From Thiomonas sp. (GTDB taxonomy: Bacteria > Pseudomonadota > Gammaproteobacteria > Burkholderiales > Burkholderiaceae_C): DNA of 59,207 nucleotides. The notes under the pieces were generated by a model, which was given only the letters and a program-made list of their open reading frames with translations, had not been told where the DNA came from and did not search any database. Below are positions 30,641 through 41,413 of this stretch, one piece after another (within the stretch, counting starts at the first letter, position 1; each line of letters opens with the position of its first letter). Location of the stretch: assembly GCA_049976465.1 (NCBI GenBank), contig JBMFIE010000001.1, forward strand, positions 1 to 59,207. The letters are read 5' to 3'. The translations under genes and the position numbers were made by a program.

Positions 30641-31231
30641 TCAGTCCGGGGAAGGGGGATGATTGTGCCTGTTGCGCTCGAGGGTCGCGCGCAGCAGCGC
30701 ACGGCCCTGCGGCCATTCGCCCAGGCCGGAGTCGGCGTTGATGTGGCCGAGCGCGCCGATCAGCGCGCAGTCCGCGCCCCACTGCCCGGCCATGCGCTGC
30801 GCGGCCTGCGGGCTGCAGTAGGGATCGTTGGTGCTGGCCACCACCGTGGCCGCAAACGGCAAGGCGCGCGCGGGCAGCGCGCGTTGCCACGGCAGCAGCG
30901 CGGGCGGCAGGTCGGGGCGGGTCAGATCGGGCGGGGCGACCAACAGCGCGCCTGTCACGCGGGCGGTCTGCCGGCTGCTCGATGCCCAGGCCGCGGCGAG
31001 ATGGCACCCCAGGCTGTGCGCGACCAGCGCGACCGGCCCGGACTCGGCCAGTACCACGTCTTCCAGCCGCGCGATCCAGTCACCGCGGCGCGGGGTGATC
31101 CAATCGGACTGCTCGACCAGGAGGTCACCGTACTGCAGTTGCCAGCACCGCTGCCAGTGCCCCGCGCCGGAGCCCAGCCAGCCGGGCAGCAGCAGAATGC
31201 GCGGCGCAGCGGGTGGGGATTCATGGCTCAT
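30641..31231 (-). CDS. RBBP9/YdeN family alpha/beta hydrolase
   Basis: LLPGW..SG..HWQ, VAHSLGC, GHIN.DSGLGEW. Confidence 0.88.
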   Translation of the reverse strand: MSHESPPAAPRILLLPGWLGSGAGHWQRCWQLQYGDLLVEQSDWITPRRGDWIARLEDVVLAESGPVALVAHSLGCHLAAAWASSSRQTARVTGALLVAPPDLTRPDLPPALLPWQRALPARALPFAATVVASTNDPYCSPQAAQRMAGQWGADCALIGALGHINADSGLGEWPQGRALLRATLERNRHNHPPSPD

Positions 31232-32001
31232 GCCGCAACCGCCAGGCGATCGATCAGTTCCTGGGCGAACTCGGTGAAGGCGCGGGCGCCGCGGCTGGCC
31301 GGGTCGAACACCACGCCGGGCAGGCCATAGCTCGGTGCCTCGGCCAGACGGACGTTGCGCGGGATCACGGTGCGGAACACCTTGTCGCCGAAATGGCCGG
31401 CGATCTGCTCGCTGACCTGCTGCTGCAGGGTGATGCGCGGATCGAACATCACGCGCAGCAGGCCGATGAGCCGCAGCTCGCGGTTGAGATTGGCGTGAAC
31501 CTGCTTGATGGTGTTGACCAGGTCGGACAGACCTTCGAGCGCAAAGTATTCGCACTGCATCGGCACGATGACGCCATGCGCCGCGCACAGGCCGTTGAGG
31601 GTGAGCAGACCGAGTGCCGGTGGGCTGTCGATCAGGATGAAGTCATAGTCCGAGGCGACCGTGGCCAGCGCCGACTTCAGGCGGCGTTCGCGCTGCGGCT
31701 GATCGACCAGTTCGACCTCCGCGCCGGCCAGCTCGCGGTTGGCGCCGAGGACGTCGTACCCGGATTTTTCGCTGCGCTGGCGGGCCTGGGCCAGCGTGGA
31801 CTGCTCGATCAGCACTTCGTAGACCGAGGCGCCGAGGTGGAGCTTGTCGATGCCAGACCCCATCGTGGCGTTGCCCTGCGGGTCCATGTCGACCAGCAGC
31901 ACGCGCTGCCCAAGGCTCGACAAGGCCGCGGCCAGGTTGACGCTGGTGGTGGTCTTGCCGACCCCGCCTTTTTGATTCGCGATGCAAAAAATCTGCGCCA
32001 A
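31228..32001 (-). CDS. parA: Chromosome partitioning ATPase ParA/Soj
   Basis: NQKGGVGKTT, DMDPQGNAT, CEYFALEG, IPRNVRLAEAPS; TTG start with GGAG RBS. Confidence 0.95.
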   Translation of the reverse strand: MAQIFCIANQKGGVGKTTTSVNLAAALSSLGQRVLLVDMDPQGNATMGSGIDKLHLGASVYEVLIEQSTLAQARQRSEKSGYDVLGANRELAGAEVELVDQPQRERRLKSALATVASDYDFILIDSPPALGLLTLNGLCAAHGVIVPMQCEYFALEGLSDLVNTIKQVHANLNRELRLIGLLRVMFDPRITLQQQVSEQIAGHFGDKVFRTVIPRNVRLAEAPSYGLPGVVFDPASRGARAFTEFAQELIDRLAVAA

Positions 32002-32022
32002 ACGGGACTCCACAAATCCGGA

Positions 32023-32038
32023 TGTTTCACGTGAAACC
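32023..32038. other. parS centromere-like site
   Basis: TGTTTCACGTGAAACC, 15/16 to TGTTTCACGTGAAACA, just upstream of parA. Confidence 0.9.
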
Positions 32039-32077
32039 ATGCCGGGCCACACCCGACAGGCGGTATTGTGCCGGAGA

Positions 32078-32746
32078 CTACGCTGCGTTCGGTCGCAGCC
32101 AGACCAGGCAGCGCGCCGCGTCCAGCCCGGGCACCTGCAGCGGCTCGATCTGTGCCCCCACATCGGCAGGAAGCTGGGCCAGTTCTTCCACAGGCGGCTT
32201 GCCCTTCATCGCGCACCACTGTCCGCCTGCAGCGAGCAAGTGGCGGCTGCTGTGGATCAGCAGCGGCAGATCGCTGAACGCGCGGCTGGTGATGCAGTCG
32301 AAACCGGCAGCGTCGCGCAGGTTCTCGACCCGGGCGTGGTGCACCGTGACGTTGCGCAGCCCCAGGCTGCCGCAGACCTGTTGCAGGAATGCGCATTTTT
32401 TCTGCACCGTATCGACCAAGTGGATCGCGACATGGGGCAGTCCGATGGCCAGCACGATGCCGGGTAGGCCGCCGCCCGAGCCCACATCGAGCACGCGCCG
32501 CGGCGCGGCGCGGGCGATCGCAGGCAGCGCCGCCAGGCAGTCCGCCAGATGCATGCGCGCCATGCCCTGCGGGTCGCGCACCGCGGTGAGGTTGTAGACC
32601 CGGTTCCACCGCTGCAGCAGCGCCGCATAGTCGAGAAGTTGCTGTTGCTGGTCAGGAGTGAACTCCAGGCCGAGCGCCTGCGTCGTGTGCTGCAGTATGG
32701 CTGCGAGCGTGTCTGCCCCGGGGTGCTGCGGCTGCGATGCGCTCAC
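32078..32746 (-). CDS. rsmG: 16S rRNA m7G527 methyltransferase
   Basis: [23 protein letters not shown]. Confidence 0.95.
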   Translation of the reverse strand: MSASQPQHPGADTLAAILQHTTQALGLEFTPDQQQQLLDYAALLQRWNRVYNLTAVRDPQGMARMHLADCLAALPAIARAAPRRVLDVGSGGGLPGIVLAIGLPHVAIHLVDTVQKKCAFLQQVCGSLGLRNVTVHHARVENLRDAAGFDCITSRAFSDLPLLIHSSRHLLAAGGQWCAMKGKPPVEELAQLPADVGAQIEPLQVPGLDAARCLVWLRPNAA

Positions 32747-34677
32747 GCCGCGGCGTCCTTTTCCTGCCGCAGCGCCTGTTTGAGCACGCCCTTGCGCAGG
32801 TGGATCAGCAGTAGCGAAATCGCTGCCGGGGTGACGCCCGGTAGGCGCGAGGCCAGCCCGAGGGTGGCGGGTCTGGCCTGGTTGAGCTTTTGTTGCACCT
32901 CGATCGACAGCCCCGTGACTTCGCGGTAGTTCAGATCGCTGGGCAGGCGTAGCGATTCGTATTGCGCGGCGCGTGCCACCTCCTCCTGCTGGCGGTCGAT
33001 GTAGCCGGCGTACTTGAGCTGGATTTCGACCTGCTCACGCTCGGCATCGGTCAGCGGCGTGTCGGGGGCAAAGCCGGGGTGCGGAAACTGGGTCAGGGTG
33101 TCGTAGCGCAGCTCCGGGCGGCGCAGCAGATCGGCCAGGCTGTATTCGCGCTCGATCGCCTTGCCCAGCAGCGCCTGTGCCTGCTCGGGCGGCAGGGTCT
33201 GCGGCGTGACCCAGGTGCTGCGCAGGCGCTGGATTTCGCGCTCGATCGCCTCGCGCTTGCGGCAGAACGCATCCCACCGGGCATCGCTGACCACACCGAG
33301 GCGGCGGCCGATTTCGGTCAGCCGAAGGTCGGCATTGTCTTCACGCAGGCTCAGGCGGTATTCGGCCCGGCTGGTGAACATGCGGTAAGGCTCGCTCACG
33401 CCCTTGGTGATCAGATCGTCGACCAGCACGCCGAGATAGGCCTGATCGCGCCGTGGACACCAGGGCTCGCGGCCCTGCACCTGGAGTGCTGCGTTGATGC
33501 CGGCGAGCAGACCCTGCGCCGCGGCTTCCTCGTAGCCGGTGGTGCCGTTGATCTGGCCGGCAAAAAACAGCCCGTCGATTGCGCGTGTTTCCAGCGAAGT
33601 CTTCAGCGCAGTGGGGTCGAAATAGTCGTATTCGATCGCATACCCTGGGCGCAGCAGATGGGCGTTTTCCAGCCCGGGAATGGAGTGCACCAAGTCGATC
33701 TGCACATCGAATGGCAGACTGGTGGAAATGCCGTTGGGGTAGAACTCGTTGGTCTGCAGCCCTTCGGGTTCGAGAAAGATCTGATGCGACGGCTTGTCGG
33801 CAAAGCGGTGGATCTTGTCTTCGATGCTCGGGCAGTAGCGCGGGCCCACCCCCTGAATCACCCCGGTGAACATCGGGCTGCGATCGAGATTGGCGCGGAT
33901 GATGTCGTGGGTGCGCTCGGTGGTGTGGGTGATCCAGCAGGCCACCTGCGTGGGATGCTGGTCGGGCGAGCCGAGAAAGCTGAACACCGGCATGGGGTTG
34001 AGATCGCCCGGCTGTTCGGTGAGCTTGGAAAAGTCGATGGTGCGGCCGTCGATGCGCGGCGGCGTGCCGGTCTTGAGCCGGCCCTGCGGCAGTTGCAGCG
34101 CCTTCAGTCGCGCAGACAGGCGCAGCGCCGGCGGATCGCCTGCGCGCCCGGCGGCGTAATGATCCAACCCGATGTGCACCTTGCCGTCGAGAAAGGTGCC
34201 CGCGGTCAGCACCACGGTGCGGGTGCGAAAGCGGATGCCGGTTTGCGTGACCACCGCAGTGACCCGCTCACCGCTGCCGGTGGATTCGACCAGCAGATCA
34301 TCCGCCGCCTGCTGGAACAGCCAGAGATTGGGCTGATTCTCCAGCCGCGCGCGGATCGCGCGTTTGTACAGCTGCCGGTCTGCCTGTGCGCGCGTGGCGC
34401 GCACCGCGGGGCCTTTGCTGCTGTTGAGAATGCGAAACTGGATGCCGGCTTCGTCGGTGGCCTCGGCCATGGCGCCACCGAGCGCGTCGATTTCCTTGAC
34501 CAGATGCCCCTTGCCGATACCGCCGATCGACGGGTTGCACGACATCTGGCCCAGAGTTTCGATATTGTGGGTCAGCAACAGCGTGGCACAGCCCATGCGC
34601 GCTGCGGCCAGCGCCGCCTCGGTGCCGGCATGGCCGCCGCCGATGACGACGACATCAAACTTGCGGGGATAATCCAC
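32743..34677 (-). CDS. mnmG: tRNA uridine-5-carboxymethylaminomethyl modification enzyme MnmG (GidA)
   Basis: [47 protein letters not shown]. Confidence 0.98.
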   Translation of the reverse strand: MDYPRKFDVVVIGGGHAGTEAALAAARMGCATLLLTHNIETLGQMSCNPSIGGIGKGHLVKEIDALGGAMAEATDEAGIQFRILNSSKGPAVRATRAQADRQLYKRAIRARLENQPNLWLFQQAADDLLVESTGSGERVTAVVTQTGIRFRTRTVVLTAGTFLDGKVHIGLDHYAAGRAGDPPALRLSARLKALQLPQGRLKTGTPPRIDGRTIDFSKLTEQPGDLNPMPVFSFLGSPDQHPTQVACWITHTTERTHDIIRANLDRSPMFTGVIQGVGPRYCPSIEDKIHRFADKPSHQIFLEPEGLQTNEFYPNGISTSLPFDVQIDLVHSIPGLENAHLLRPGYAIEYDYFDPTALKTSLETRAIDGLFFAGQINGTTGYEEAAAQGLLAGINAALQVQGREPWCPRRDQAYLGVLVDDLITKGVSEPYRMFTSRAEYRLSLREDNADLRLTEIGRRLGVVSDARWDAFCRKREAIEREIQRLRSTWVTPQTLPPEQAQALLGKAIEREYSLADLLRRPELRYDTLTQFPHPGFAPDTPLTDAEREQVEIQLKYAGYIDRQQEEVARAAQYESLRLPSDLNYREVTGLSIEVQQKLNQARPATLGLASRLPGVTPAAISLLLIHLRKGVLKQALRQEKDAAA

Positions 34678-34740
34678 GGGCGTCTCCTGAAGCGGCGCAT
34701 TTTATGCGGGTTTACCCTGCGCGATCAGCCCGAAGGGCTT

Positions 34741-34756
34741 TGTTTCACGTGAAACC
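34741..34756. other. parS centromere-like site
   Basis: TGTTTCACGTGAAACC upstream of mnmG. Confidence 0.9.
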
Positions 34757-34770
34757 TCCACGGCGCTTCC

Positions 34771-35448
34771 ATGTCCATCCCCACACTGAATGACATCCAA
34801 GCTTTATATCCCGCCCTGGCATCGGTCCCCACGACCGAGCTCGAGGCCGAATGGGCATCGGCAGGAGCGATGATGCGGGTGCCGCTTGGGGCGCAGCTGT
34901 TCGCGCCCGGCGCCCCATGCAGCGGCTTTCCGCTGATTCTCGCCGGCGAGGCGCGGGTGTTCCGCATGGCGCCGTCAGGGCGGCAGTTGGAGATGTACCG
35001 CCTCACCCCGGGGGAGATCTGCCTGGTGTCCTCGGCCAGCCTGTTCTCGGGCGAGGTGCTGTCGGCTCACGCGCAAATGCAGACCGACGGCGTGCTGTGG
35101 ATGATCCGGCCCGGGCTGTTCGAGGACTGGCTGCAGCGCGTTCCCGCGTTTCGGCGCTTCGTGCTTGGGCAGTTTGCCACGCGCATGGCCGATCTGACCG
35201 CGCTGATCGACGCTTTGGCGTTTCACCGCCTGGACCAGCGGCTGGCGCAGGCCTTGCTCGGTCAAGGCCCGCGAGTGCAGACCACCCACCAGCAGTTGGC
35301 CGATCGCCTGGGCACCGCACGCGAAATCGTCACCCGTCTGCTCAAGCGCTTCGAGGCGGCCGGCTGGGTTGCGCTGTCGCGCGAGCGCATCGACATCCTG
35401 CAGCCCGCCGTCCTGCGCCATGTGGCAGCCGGGGACATTTCGGGGTAA
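34771..35448 (+). CDS. Crp/Fnr family transcriptional regulator
   Basis: cNMP-binding-like N-domain; HTH THQQLADRLGTAREIVTRLL. Confidence 0.9.
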   Translation: MSIPTLNDIQALYPALASVPTTELEAEWASAGAMMRVPLGAQLFAPGAPCSGFPLILAGEARVFRMAPSGRQLEMYRLTPGEICLVSSASLFSGEVLSAHAQMQTDGVLWMIRPGLFEDWLQRVPAFRRFVLGQFATRMADLTALIDALAFHRLDQRLAQALLGQGPRVQTTHQQLADRLGTAREIVTRLLKRFEAAGWVALSRERIDILQPAVLRHVAAGDISG

Positions 35449-35469
35449 GGTTGCCTCATGTGCATGGCG

Positions 35470-35485
35470 TGTGACTGGAGTCACA
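35470..35485. promoter_or_regulatory. CRP-type binding site upstream of the DUF2892 gene
   Basis: Perfect TGTGA-N6-TCACA; TTCAAT -10-like hexamer at 35507-35512 gives class II spacing. Confidence 0.75.
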
Positions 35486-35542
35486 GTGCGGTTACGCAAA
35501 AAGGTGTTCAATAAGTTTGTTCTTTCTTTTTGGGAGTCGGTC

Positions 35543-35731
35543 ATGAAAAGCAATGTCGGTGGGATCGATCAGATCTTGCGCATCGTCGTCGGCGTGGTCC
35601 TGATCGCGTTGGCGGCCTTGGGTTATATCGGTGTCTGGGGCTGGATCGGTGTGGTGCCGCTGGTGACGGGGCTGTTCAAGTTCTGTCCGCTGTATGCCCT
35701 GATCGGCATGAACACCTGCCCAAAAAAATAA
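35543..35731 (+). CDS. DUF2892 / YgaP-like small membrane protein
   Basis: NVGGIDQILRI...PLVTGLFKFCPLYALIGMNTC; GGGAG RBS. Confidence 0.88.
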   Translation: MKSNVGGIDQILRIVVGVVLIALAALGYIGVWGWIGVVPLVTGLFKFCPLYALIGMNTCPKK

Positions 35732-35748
35732 GCCGCCAACCGCGCAGC

Positions 35749-35782
35749 AACCGGCGTTGCCCGCAAGGGCAGCGCCGGTTTT
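35749..35782 (+). terminator. Rho-independent terminator between convergent genes
   Basis: 14-bp stem AACCGGCGTTGCCC/GGGCAGCGCCGGTT, GCAA tetraloop, short T-run. Confidence 0.65.
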
Positions 35783-35791
35783 CATGGGCCA

Positions 35792-36547
35792 TCAGAAATA
35801 CGCGTCCCGCGCAGTTTTGAGAATCAGCGCGGCGACCACCAGCAAAAACACTCCGCGCACGAAATGCGTGCCGCGGCGCAGCGCCAAGCGGGTGCCTAGC
35901 AGGCTGCCGGCGATATTGCACACCGCGATCAACACGGCATAGGGCCACATCACATGCCCCTTGCCGACGAAAATCAGCAGCGCGGCGAGATTGCACGCGA
36001 CATTGACCACCTTGGCGCTGGCCGAGGCATGCAGAAAGTCGAAGCCGAAACCGCGGACGAACAGAAAGATCAAAAAATTTCCCGTGCCGGGGCCGAAGAA
36101 GCCGTCGTAAAAGCCGATGAGCAGGCCGCCGCCGACCGCCAGCGCCCGCTCGGCCAGACCGCCCAGATGCGGAGCGTGGTGATGCCCCAGATCCTTGCGC
36201 TTGAGGGTGTAGAGCAGCACGGCCAGCAGGATGAACGGCAGCGCCTGGCGGAAGTCGTTCGACCGCACCAGGGTGATCAGCCAGGCACCGCCGAGCGCGC
36301 CGACGAAGGCCGCCAGCGTGGCCGGCAGCACCGTGGTCCACGGCGGCCGCACCCGCCGCACATACGACACCATCGACGCCGAGGTGCCCCAGACCGCTCC
36401 GGCCTTGTTGGTGCCGAAAAGGGTTGCCGGCTCGGCGCCGGGGAACGCGGCGAACAGCGCCGGCACCAGCACCAGCCCGCCGCCACCGACGATGGAGTCG
36501 ACGAACCCGGCGAACAACGCAGCGGCGCCGAGCAGCAATAATTCCAT
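35792..36547 (-). CDS. TSUP (TauE/SafE) family transporter
   Basis: AGFVDSIVGGGGL, GTNK, GFYDGFFGPGTG. Confidence 0.9.
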   Translation of the reverse strand: MELLLLGAAALFAGFVDSIVGGGGLVLVPALFAAFPGAEPATLFGTNKAGAVWGTSASMVSYVRRVRPPWTTVLPATLAAFVGALGGAWLITLVRSNDFRQALPFILLAVLLYTLKRKDLGHHHAPHLGGLAERALAVGGGLLIGFYDGFFGPGTGNFLIFLFVRGFGFDFLHASASAKVVNVACNLAALLIFVGKGHVMWPYAVLIAVCNIAGSLLGTRLALRRGTHFVRGVFLLVVAALILKTARDAYF

Positions 36548-36786
36548 GGACGACCGGCTCAGGGTGGGTGCGCAAAGGAAAAGGCGCCGGAACTGGGTTC
36601 GCGGCGCCTTGCGGGCGCAGCGCATGGTCAACGCCTGCGCTGCGGTACTGTCGTGCAACGAGCGGACGGGCCGTTCGTCTGTCTCCTCGGTCCCTCTTGT
36701 GGGGTCTGCAAGGTGTGGCCCTGCAATGCAGAGGATTGTTCAAACTTTGCGCGCCCCACGCACTAGGGGCAACCCTGAGACCTTGC

Positions 36787-37410
36787 TTACCGCCCCAGTC
36801 CGGGAAACAGCTTGAGCAGGCCGTCGCTCATCATTTCCACCGACAGCGCCGACAGGATCAGTCCCATCAGCCGGGTCATCACATTGATGCCTGTCTTGCC
36901 GAGGAACCGGGCGATGGGCTCTGCCGCCAGAAAGCTCAGCGCCGCCGCACCGGCGATGACCACGCCATAGCCGATCAGCACCGCATGCTGCCACCAGTGG
37001 TGCGTGTTGCTGGCGTAGATGATGACCGTACTGATGGTGGCCGGGCCGGTGAGCAGCGGGATGGTCAACGGCACCACGGCCACGCTGGCGCGCTCGGCGG
37101 CTTCCTCCACCTCGTCGCTGGTCGACTTGGTCGCGCCGGTCTTGGCGTTGAGCATGCTGATGGCGGAAATCAGCAGCAGCATGCCGCCGCCGACCTGGAA
37201 CGAAGCGATGGAAATGCCAAAAAAGCGCAGCAGGTCGGCGCCGATCAGCGTACTGATGGCGATGACCAGAAAGGCCGACACCGAGCTGACCAGAATGGTC
37301 TTTTTCTTCTGCTCCGCAGTGAAGCTCTCGGTGAACAGAATGAAAAACGGAATGATGCCCAGGGGATTGACGATCGCCAGCAGCGCGATCAGCGGTTTGA
37401 CCAGATTCAT
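36787..37410 (-). CDS. MarC family integral membrane protein
   Basis: IVNPLG.IP.F, VPLTIPLLTGPATI, TRLMGLIL. Confidence 0.9.
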   Translation of the reverse strand: MNLVKPLIALLAIVNPLGIIPFFILFTESFTAEQKKKTILVSSVSAFLVIAISTLIGADLLRFFGISIASFQVGGGMLLLISAISMLNAKTGATKSTSDEVEEAAERASVAVVPLTIPLLTGPATISTVIIYASNTHHWWQHAVLIGYGVVIAGAAALSFLAAEPIARFLGKTGINVMTRLMGLILSALSVEMMSDGLLKLFPGLGR

Positions 37411-37473
37411 CGGGGTGGGCGGGAAAGAATGGCGAGCTTCATTATCGGCCGCCCGCTTGGCATTGCGCCCGAT

Positions 37474-38880
37474 TCAGATCACGCGCGAGTAACGCGGCTG
37501 TCGTGTTTGCTCGCGCGGCTGGTGCAGGTACGCGTCGAACTGCATCGCCACCACCCGCACCAGCAGCCGGCCCTTCGGCGTGACCCGCAGATGCAGCCCG
37601 TCGGCGCCGTCGCGGGTCACCAGCCCGGCGTCTTGCAGCGGCGCGAGGCGTTGCAGGTCGGCGGCAAAGGTGGTCTTGGCATCGACACCATGTTGCGCCG
37701 CGAGTGCGCGCAGATCGAGCTCAAAATCGCACATCAGCCGCTGGATCACGCGGCGGCGCAGATGGTCCTCTGCGCTGAGGTGTACGCCGCGTGCGGTGGG
37801 CAGCTTGTCCTTGGCCAGCATCTCGGTGTATTCGTCGATGGTCTTGGCGTTTTGCGCGTAGCAGTTGCCCACGTTCGAGATGCTCGACACGCCAAAGGCC
37901 AGCAGATCGAGCTCGGCCTGGGTGGAATAGCCCTGGAAATTGCGGTGCAGCTTGCCTTCGCGCTGCGCGCGGGCGAGTTCGTCGCCCGGCTTGGCGAAGT
38001 GATCCATGCCGATGTAGACATAACCCGCCTCCTCCAGCCGGCGGATGGCCAGGCCCAGCAGGCCAAGCTTCACCTCGGGGCTGGGCAGGTCTTCGGGGTT
38101 GATGCGGCGCTGCGGCTTGAAGATGTGCGGCAGGTGCGCGTAGCTGTAGAGCGACAGCCGGTCGGGTGACAGCTCCATCACTTGATCGAGCGTGCGGTCA
38201 AACGAGGCGAGATTCTGGAGTGGCAGGCCGTAGATCAGATCGAGGCTGATCGAGGAAAAACCGCTAGTCCGCGCGGCATCGATCACCCGACGGGTTTCTT
38301 CCACGCTCTGGATGCGGTTGACCGCCTGCTGCACCTCGGGGGCGAAGTCCTGCACGCCCACGCTCATGCGGTTGAAGCCAAGCCGCGCCAGATGCGCCAC
38401 GCGCTTCTCGTCCACTTTGCGCGGGTCGATCTCGATGGAAAATTCGCCACCCGGCTGCAGGTCGAAGTGCGCGCGCGTCATGTCCATCAGCCGCGCGGCT
38501 TCGTCGTCATTCAGGAAGGTGGGGGTGCCGCCGCCCCAGTGCAGTTGCGTGACCGGCAGGCGGGTCTGCAGAATGCTGGCGATCAGGCCCAGCTCTTTCT
38601 CGACGCTGTCGAGGTACGGGGCCGACCGTGCGTGATTCTTGGTCGGAATTTTGTTGCAGCCGCAGTAGTAGCACAGGGTCTCGCAGAACGGGATGTGGAA
38701 GTACAGCGACACCGGATCAAACGGGCGCTGTGCGCGCTCGCGCAGGGCCTGGGCGTAATCGCGCGGGCCGAAACCCGAATGCATGCGGTCGGCCGTGGGG
38801 TAGGAGGTGTAGCGCGGACCGGCGATGTCGAAACGCTGGAGCAGCTCGGGCTGGAAGTCGAGAGATTGATTCATCATCAT
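37474..38880 (-). CDS. hemN: Oxygen-independent coproporphyrinogen III oxidase (radical SAM)
   Basis: [36 protein letters not shown]; three tandem ATGs at start. Confidence 0.96.
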   Translation of the reverse strand: MMMNQSLDFQPELLQRFDIAGPRYTSYPTADRMHSGFGPRDYAQALRERAQRPFDPVSLYFHIPFCETLCYYCGCNKIPTKNHARSAPYLDSVEKELGLIASILQTRLPVTQLHWGGGTPTFLNDDEAARLMDMTRAHFDLQPGGEFSIEIDPRKVDEKRVAHLARLGFNRMSVGVQDFAPEVQQAVNRIQSVEETRRVIDAARTSGFSSISLDLIYGLPLQNLASFDRTLDQVMELSPDRLSLYSYAHLPHIFKPQRRINPEDLPSPEVKLGLLGLAIRRLEEAGYVYIGMDHFAKPGDELARAQREGKLHRNFQGYSTQAELDLLAFGVSSISNVGNCYAQNAKTIDEYTEMLAKDKLPTARGVHLSAEDHLRRRVIQRLMCDFELDLRALAAQHGVDAKTTFAADLQRLAPLQDAGLVTRDGADGLHLRVTPKGRLLVRVVAMQFDAYLHQPREQTRQPRYSRVI

Positions 38881-38914
38881 GTTTGGATGTTTGCGCAAAG
38901 CAGCGCGCGGGGTC

Positions 38915-38928
38915 TTGATCTGCGGCAA
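38915..38928. promoter_or_regulatory. FNR-type box upstream of hemN
   Basis: TTGAT-CTGC-GGCAA, 8/10 to TTGAT-N4-ATCAA; hemN is a classic FNR target. Confidence 0.65.
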
Positions 38929-39036
38929 GAGATGGGCGCTGCAGCGCAAACGCGACAGCACGGCCGCCGGTGGTGCGAAGGGGCCTGCGGCCTGCGCTAT
39001 CCTGCTGCGCTTCGGAACAACGCACTGCCCTTGCCC

Positions 39037-40935
39037 ATGCACAGCCCGACCGATTCGACGACGACCGCTGCCAAAAAGCGCATGACCGCGTTGAGCATTG
39101 CCGCGCTCGGTGTGGTGTACGGCGACCTCGGCACCAGCCCGATGTACGCCTTCCAGGAGGCGTTCAACCCGGCGCACGCGCTCAGGCTCAGCGCCGACAA
39201 CATCTACGGCGTGCTGTCGCTGATCTTCTGGGCGTTGATGATCATCGTCACCATCAAATACGCCACGCTGGCGCTGCGCGCCGACAACGACGGCGAAGGC
39301 GGCATTCTGGCGCTGATGTCGCTTGCGGTGCGGCGCTTTCCCAAAGGCAGCCGCTCGCGGGCGATCGTCATCGCGCTCGGGCTGATCGGCGCGGCGATGT
39401 TTTACGGCGACAGCACCATCACGCCGGCGATCACCGTGTTGTCGGCGCTCGAGGGGCTGAGCGTGGCCACGCCGCTGTTCGAGCACTGGACGGTGCCGCT
39501 GACCGCCGGCATCATAGTGGCGCTGTTTACTCTGCAGCGCCACGGCACCGCGCATGTCGGTCGGTTGTTCGGCCCGGTGATGCTGTTGTGGTTTCTGACT
39601 CTGGCGGTTCTGGGTGTTTACAACATTGTGCAAAACCCGATGGTGCTTGGCGCGCTCAACCCGCTGTGGGGGCTCAAGCTCATCGCGCAGCATCCGGGGC
39701 TGGCGCTGTTTCTGTTCGGCGTGGTGATTCTTGCGCTGACCGGAGCCGAAGCGATGTACGCCGACCTCGGCCACTTCGGCGCCAAGCCGATCCGCTACGC
39801 CTGGTATTTCGTCGTGCTGCCCTCGCTCGTGCTCAATTACTTCGGCCAGGGTGCGCTGGTGCTCAACGACCCGAAGGCGGCCGACAACCCGTTTTTCAAG
39901 ATGGCGCCCGCCTGGGGCACGCTGCCGCTGGTGGCAATTGCCACCGCAGCGGCGATCATCGCTTCGCAGTCGGTCATCTCAGGCGCCTATTCGATGACCG
40001 CGCAGGCGATCAAGCTCGGCTACCTGCCGCGGATGACCATCCTGTTCACCAACGAGGAGCAGCGCGGGCAGATCTATGTGCCGTTCATCAACTGGGCGAT
40101 GCTGGTCGTGATCCTGGGCATCGTCTTTGCATTCCAGAGTTCGTCGAACCTGGCTGCGGCGTATGGTCTTGCGGTCAACGTCACCATGATCACGACCACG
40201 ATCTACCTTACCCTGGTGGCCCCGCGGCGCTGGGGTTGGGCACGCTGGAAAACGGTGATCGTGTTCGGCGGCATTCTGCTCATCGAACTGGGTTTTCTCG
40301 CCGCCAACAGCCTCAAGCTCGACCACGGCGGCTGGTTTCCGCTGCTGTTCGGTGCGGTGACGTATACCCTGCTGGCGACCTGGAAACGCGGCCGCAGCCT
40401 GCTGCGCCAGCGGCTCGAGGAACATGCGCTGAATTTGCGCGATTTCGTCGCCAGCCTGTCCACCTATCCGCCCACGCGGGTGGAGGGCACGGCGATCTAC
40501 CTCACGCCCTCACCGAACACCGTGCCGCATGCACTGCTGCACAACCTCAAGCACAACAAGGTGCTGCACGAGCGGGTGATCTTTCTGTCGGCGCAGACCA
40601 TGGACGTGCCGCATGTGCCGCCCGAGCAGGGGATCAAGCTCACGCCGATGGAAGAGGGCATCTACCTGCTGCATGTCGAACTGGGCTTCAAGGATGAGCC
40701 CGACATCCAGCTCTTGCTCAAACAGGTCGAGCGGCTCTACGGCCTGGAATTCCAGCTGATGGAGACCTCGTTCTTCCTCGCGCGGCAGACCATCATTCCG
40801 TCCAAGCTGCCCGGCATGGCGCTGTGGCGTGAGGTGCTGTTCTCCTGGATGAGCCGCAACGCGCAAGACGCCTCCGACTACTTCCGCATCCCGCCCAACC
40901 GGGTGGTGGAGCTGGGCACGCAGATCGAGATCTGA
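39037..40935 (+). CDS. kup: Potassium transporter Kup
   Basis: [36 protein letters not shown]. Confidence 0.96.
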   Translation: MHSPTDSTTTAAKKRMTALSIAALGVVYGDLGTSPMYAFQEAFNPAHALRLSADNIYGVLSLIFWALMIIVTIKYATLALRADNDGEGGILALMSLAVRRFPKGSRSRAIVIALGLIGAAMFYGDSTITPAITVLSALEGLSVATPLFEHWTVPLTAGIIVALFTLQRHGTAHVGRLFGPVMLLWFLTLAVLGVYNIVQNPMVLGALNPLWGLKLIAQHPGLALFLFGVVILALTGAEAMYADLGHFGAKPIRYAWYFVVLPSLVLNYFGQGALVLNDPKAADNPFFKMAPAWGTLPLVAIATAAAIIASQSVISGAYSMTAQAIKLGYLPRMTILFTNEEQRGQIYVPFINWAMLVVILGIVFAFQSSSNLAAAYGLAVNVTMITTTIYLTLVAPRRWGWARWKTVIVFGGILLIELGFLAANSLKLDHGGWFPLLFGAVTYTLLATWKRGRSLLRQRLEEHALNLRDFVASLSTYPPTRVEGTAIYLTPSPNTVPHALLHNLKHNKVLHERVIFLSAQTMDVPHVPPEQGIKLTPMEEGIYLLHVELGFKDEPDIQLLLKQVERLYGLEFQLMETSFFLARQTIIPSKLPGMALWREVLFSWMSRNAQDASDYFRIPPNRVVELGTQIEI

Positions 40936-41024
40936 ATGCCCATGACAAACGCGTCCGTGCCGTTGCGGCAGCGGACGCGTCGGCCCGTGCACGCCACGGG
41001 CGGTAGCGCACGACAGGCTGGATT

Positions 41025-41336
41025 TCAGCCCACGGTCGTATCGGCGGTCGAGGTTTCGCCCTTGTTGTCGATCCAGGACACCGTGACCTTGTCTCCGCTC
41101 TTGCCGCCCTTGAAGCGGAACTCCAGGAACGGGTTTTTGGAAATGGCGGTGCCCCAGTCGCAGGTCAGCACCGTCTTGTCATTGTTCTTGCAGGTGACGG
41201 TCTGGATGAAGTGCGCCGGGATGACCTTGCCATCCTTGTCCTTGGCAATGCCCGAATCTTCGGGGTGGGTCATCAGCACGCGGACGACCACGGCGTCGCC
41301 TTCGACATTGGCGCGCATGCGCATTGGAAAAGCCAT
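41025..41336 (-). CDS. soxZ: Sulfur carrier complex subunit SoxZ
   Basis: IPAHFIQ, ISKNPFLEF, SWIDNKG; no signal peptide; follows soxY. Confidence 0.9.
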   Translation of the reverse strand: MAFPMRMRANVEGDAVVVRVLMTHPEDSGIAKDKDGKVIPAHFIQTVTCKNNDKTVLTCDWGTAISKNPFLEFRFKGGKSGDKVTVSWIDNKGETSTADTTVG

Positions 41337-41413
41337 GAGTGACTCCTTGATGGTGGGCTGCTGAGCAGCCGGAAATCGGAAAGGGATGTTCTGGAAAGAC
41401 CGGGAAACCGGGT

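Noticed and set aside
30641-31231. YdeN hydrolase as trans-thioesterase for the NRPS
   Set aside because: It is coupled to parAB, separated from the NRPS by other genes, and not a type II TE family member.
37474-40935. Apparent long N-terminal extensions and overlap of the hemN (766 aa) and kup (917 aa) ORFs
   Set aside because: Open-frame run-through into the divergent neighbour; real starts are near 38880 and 39037.
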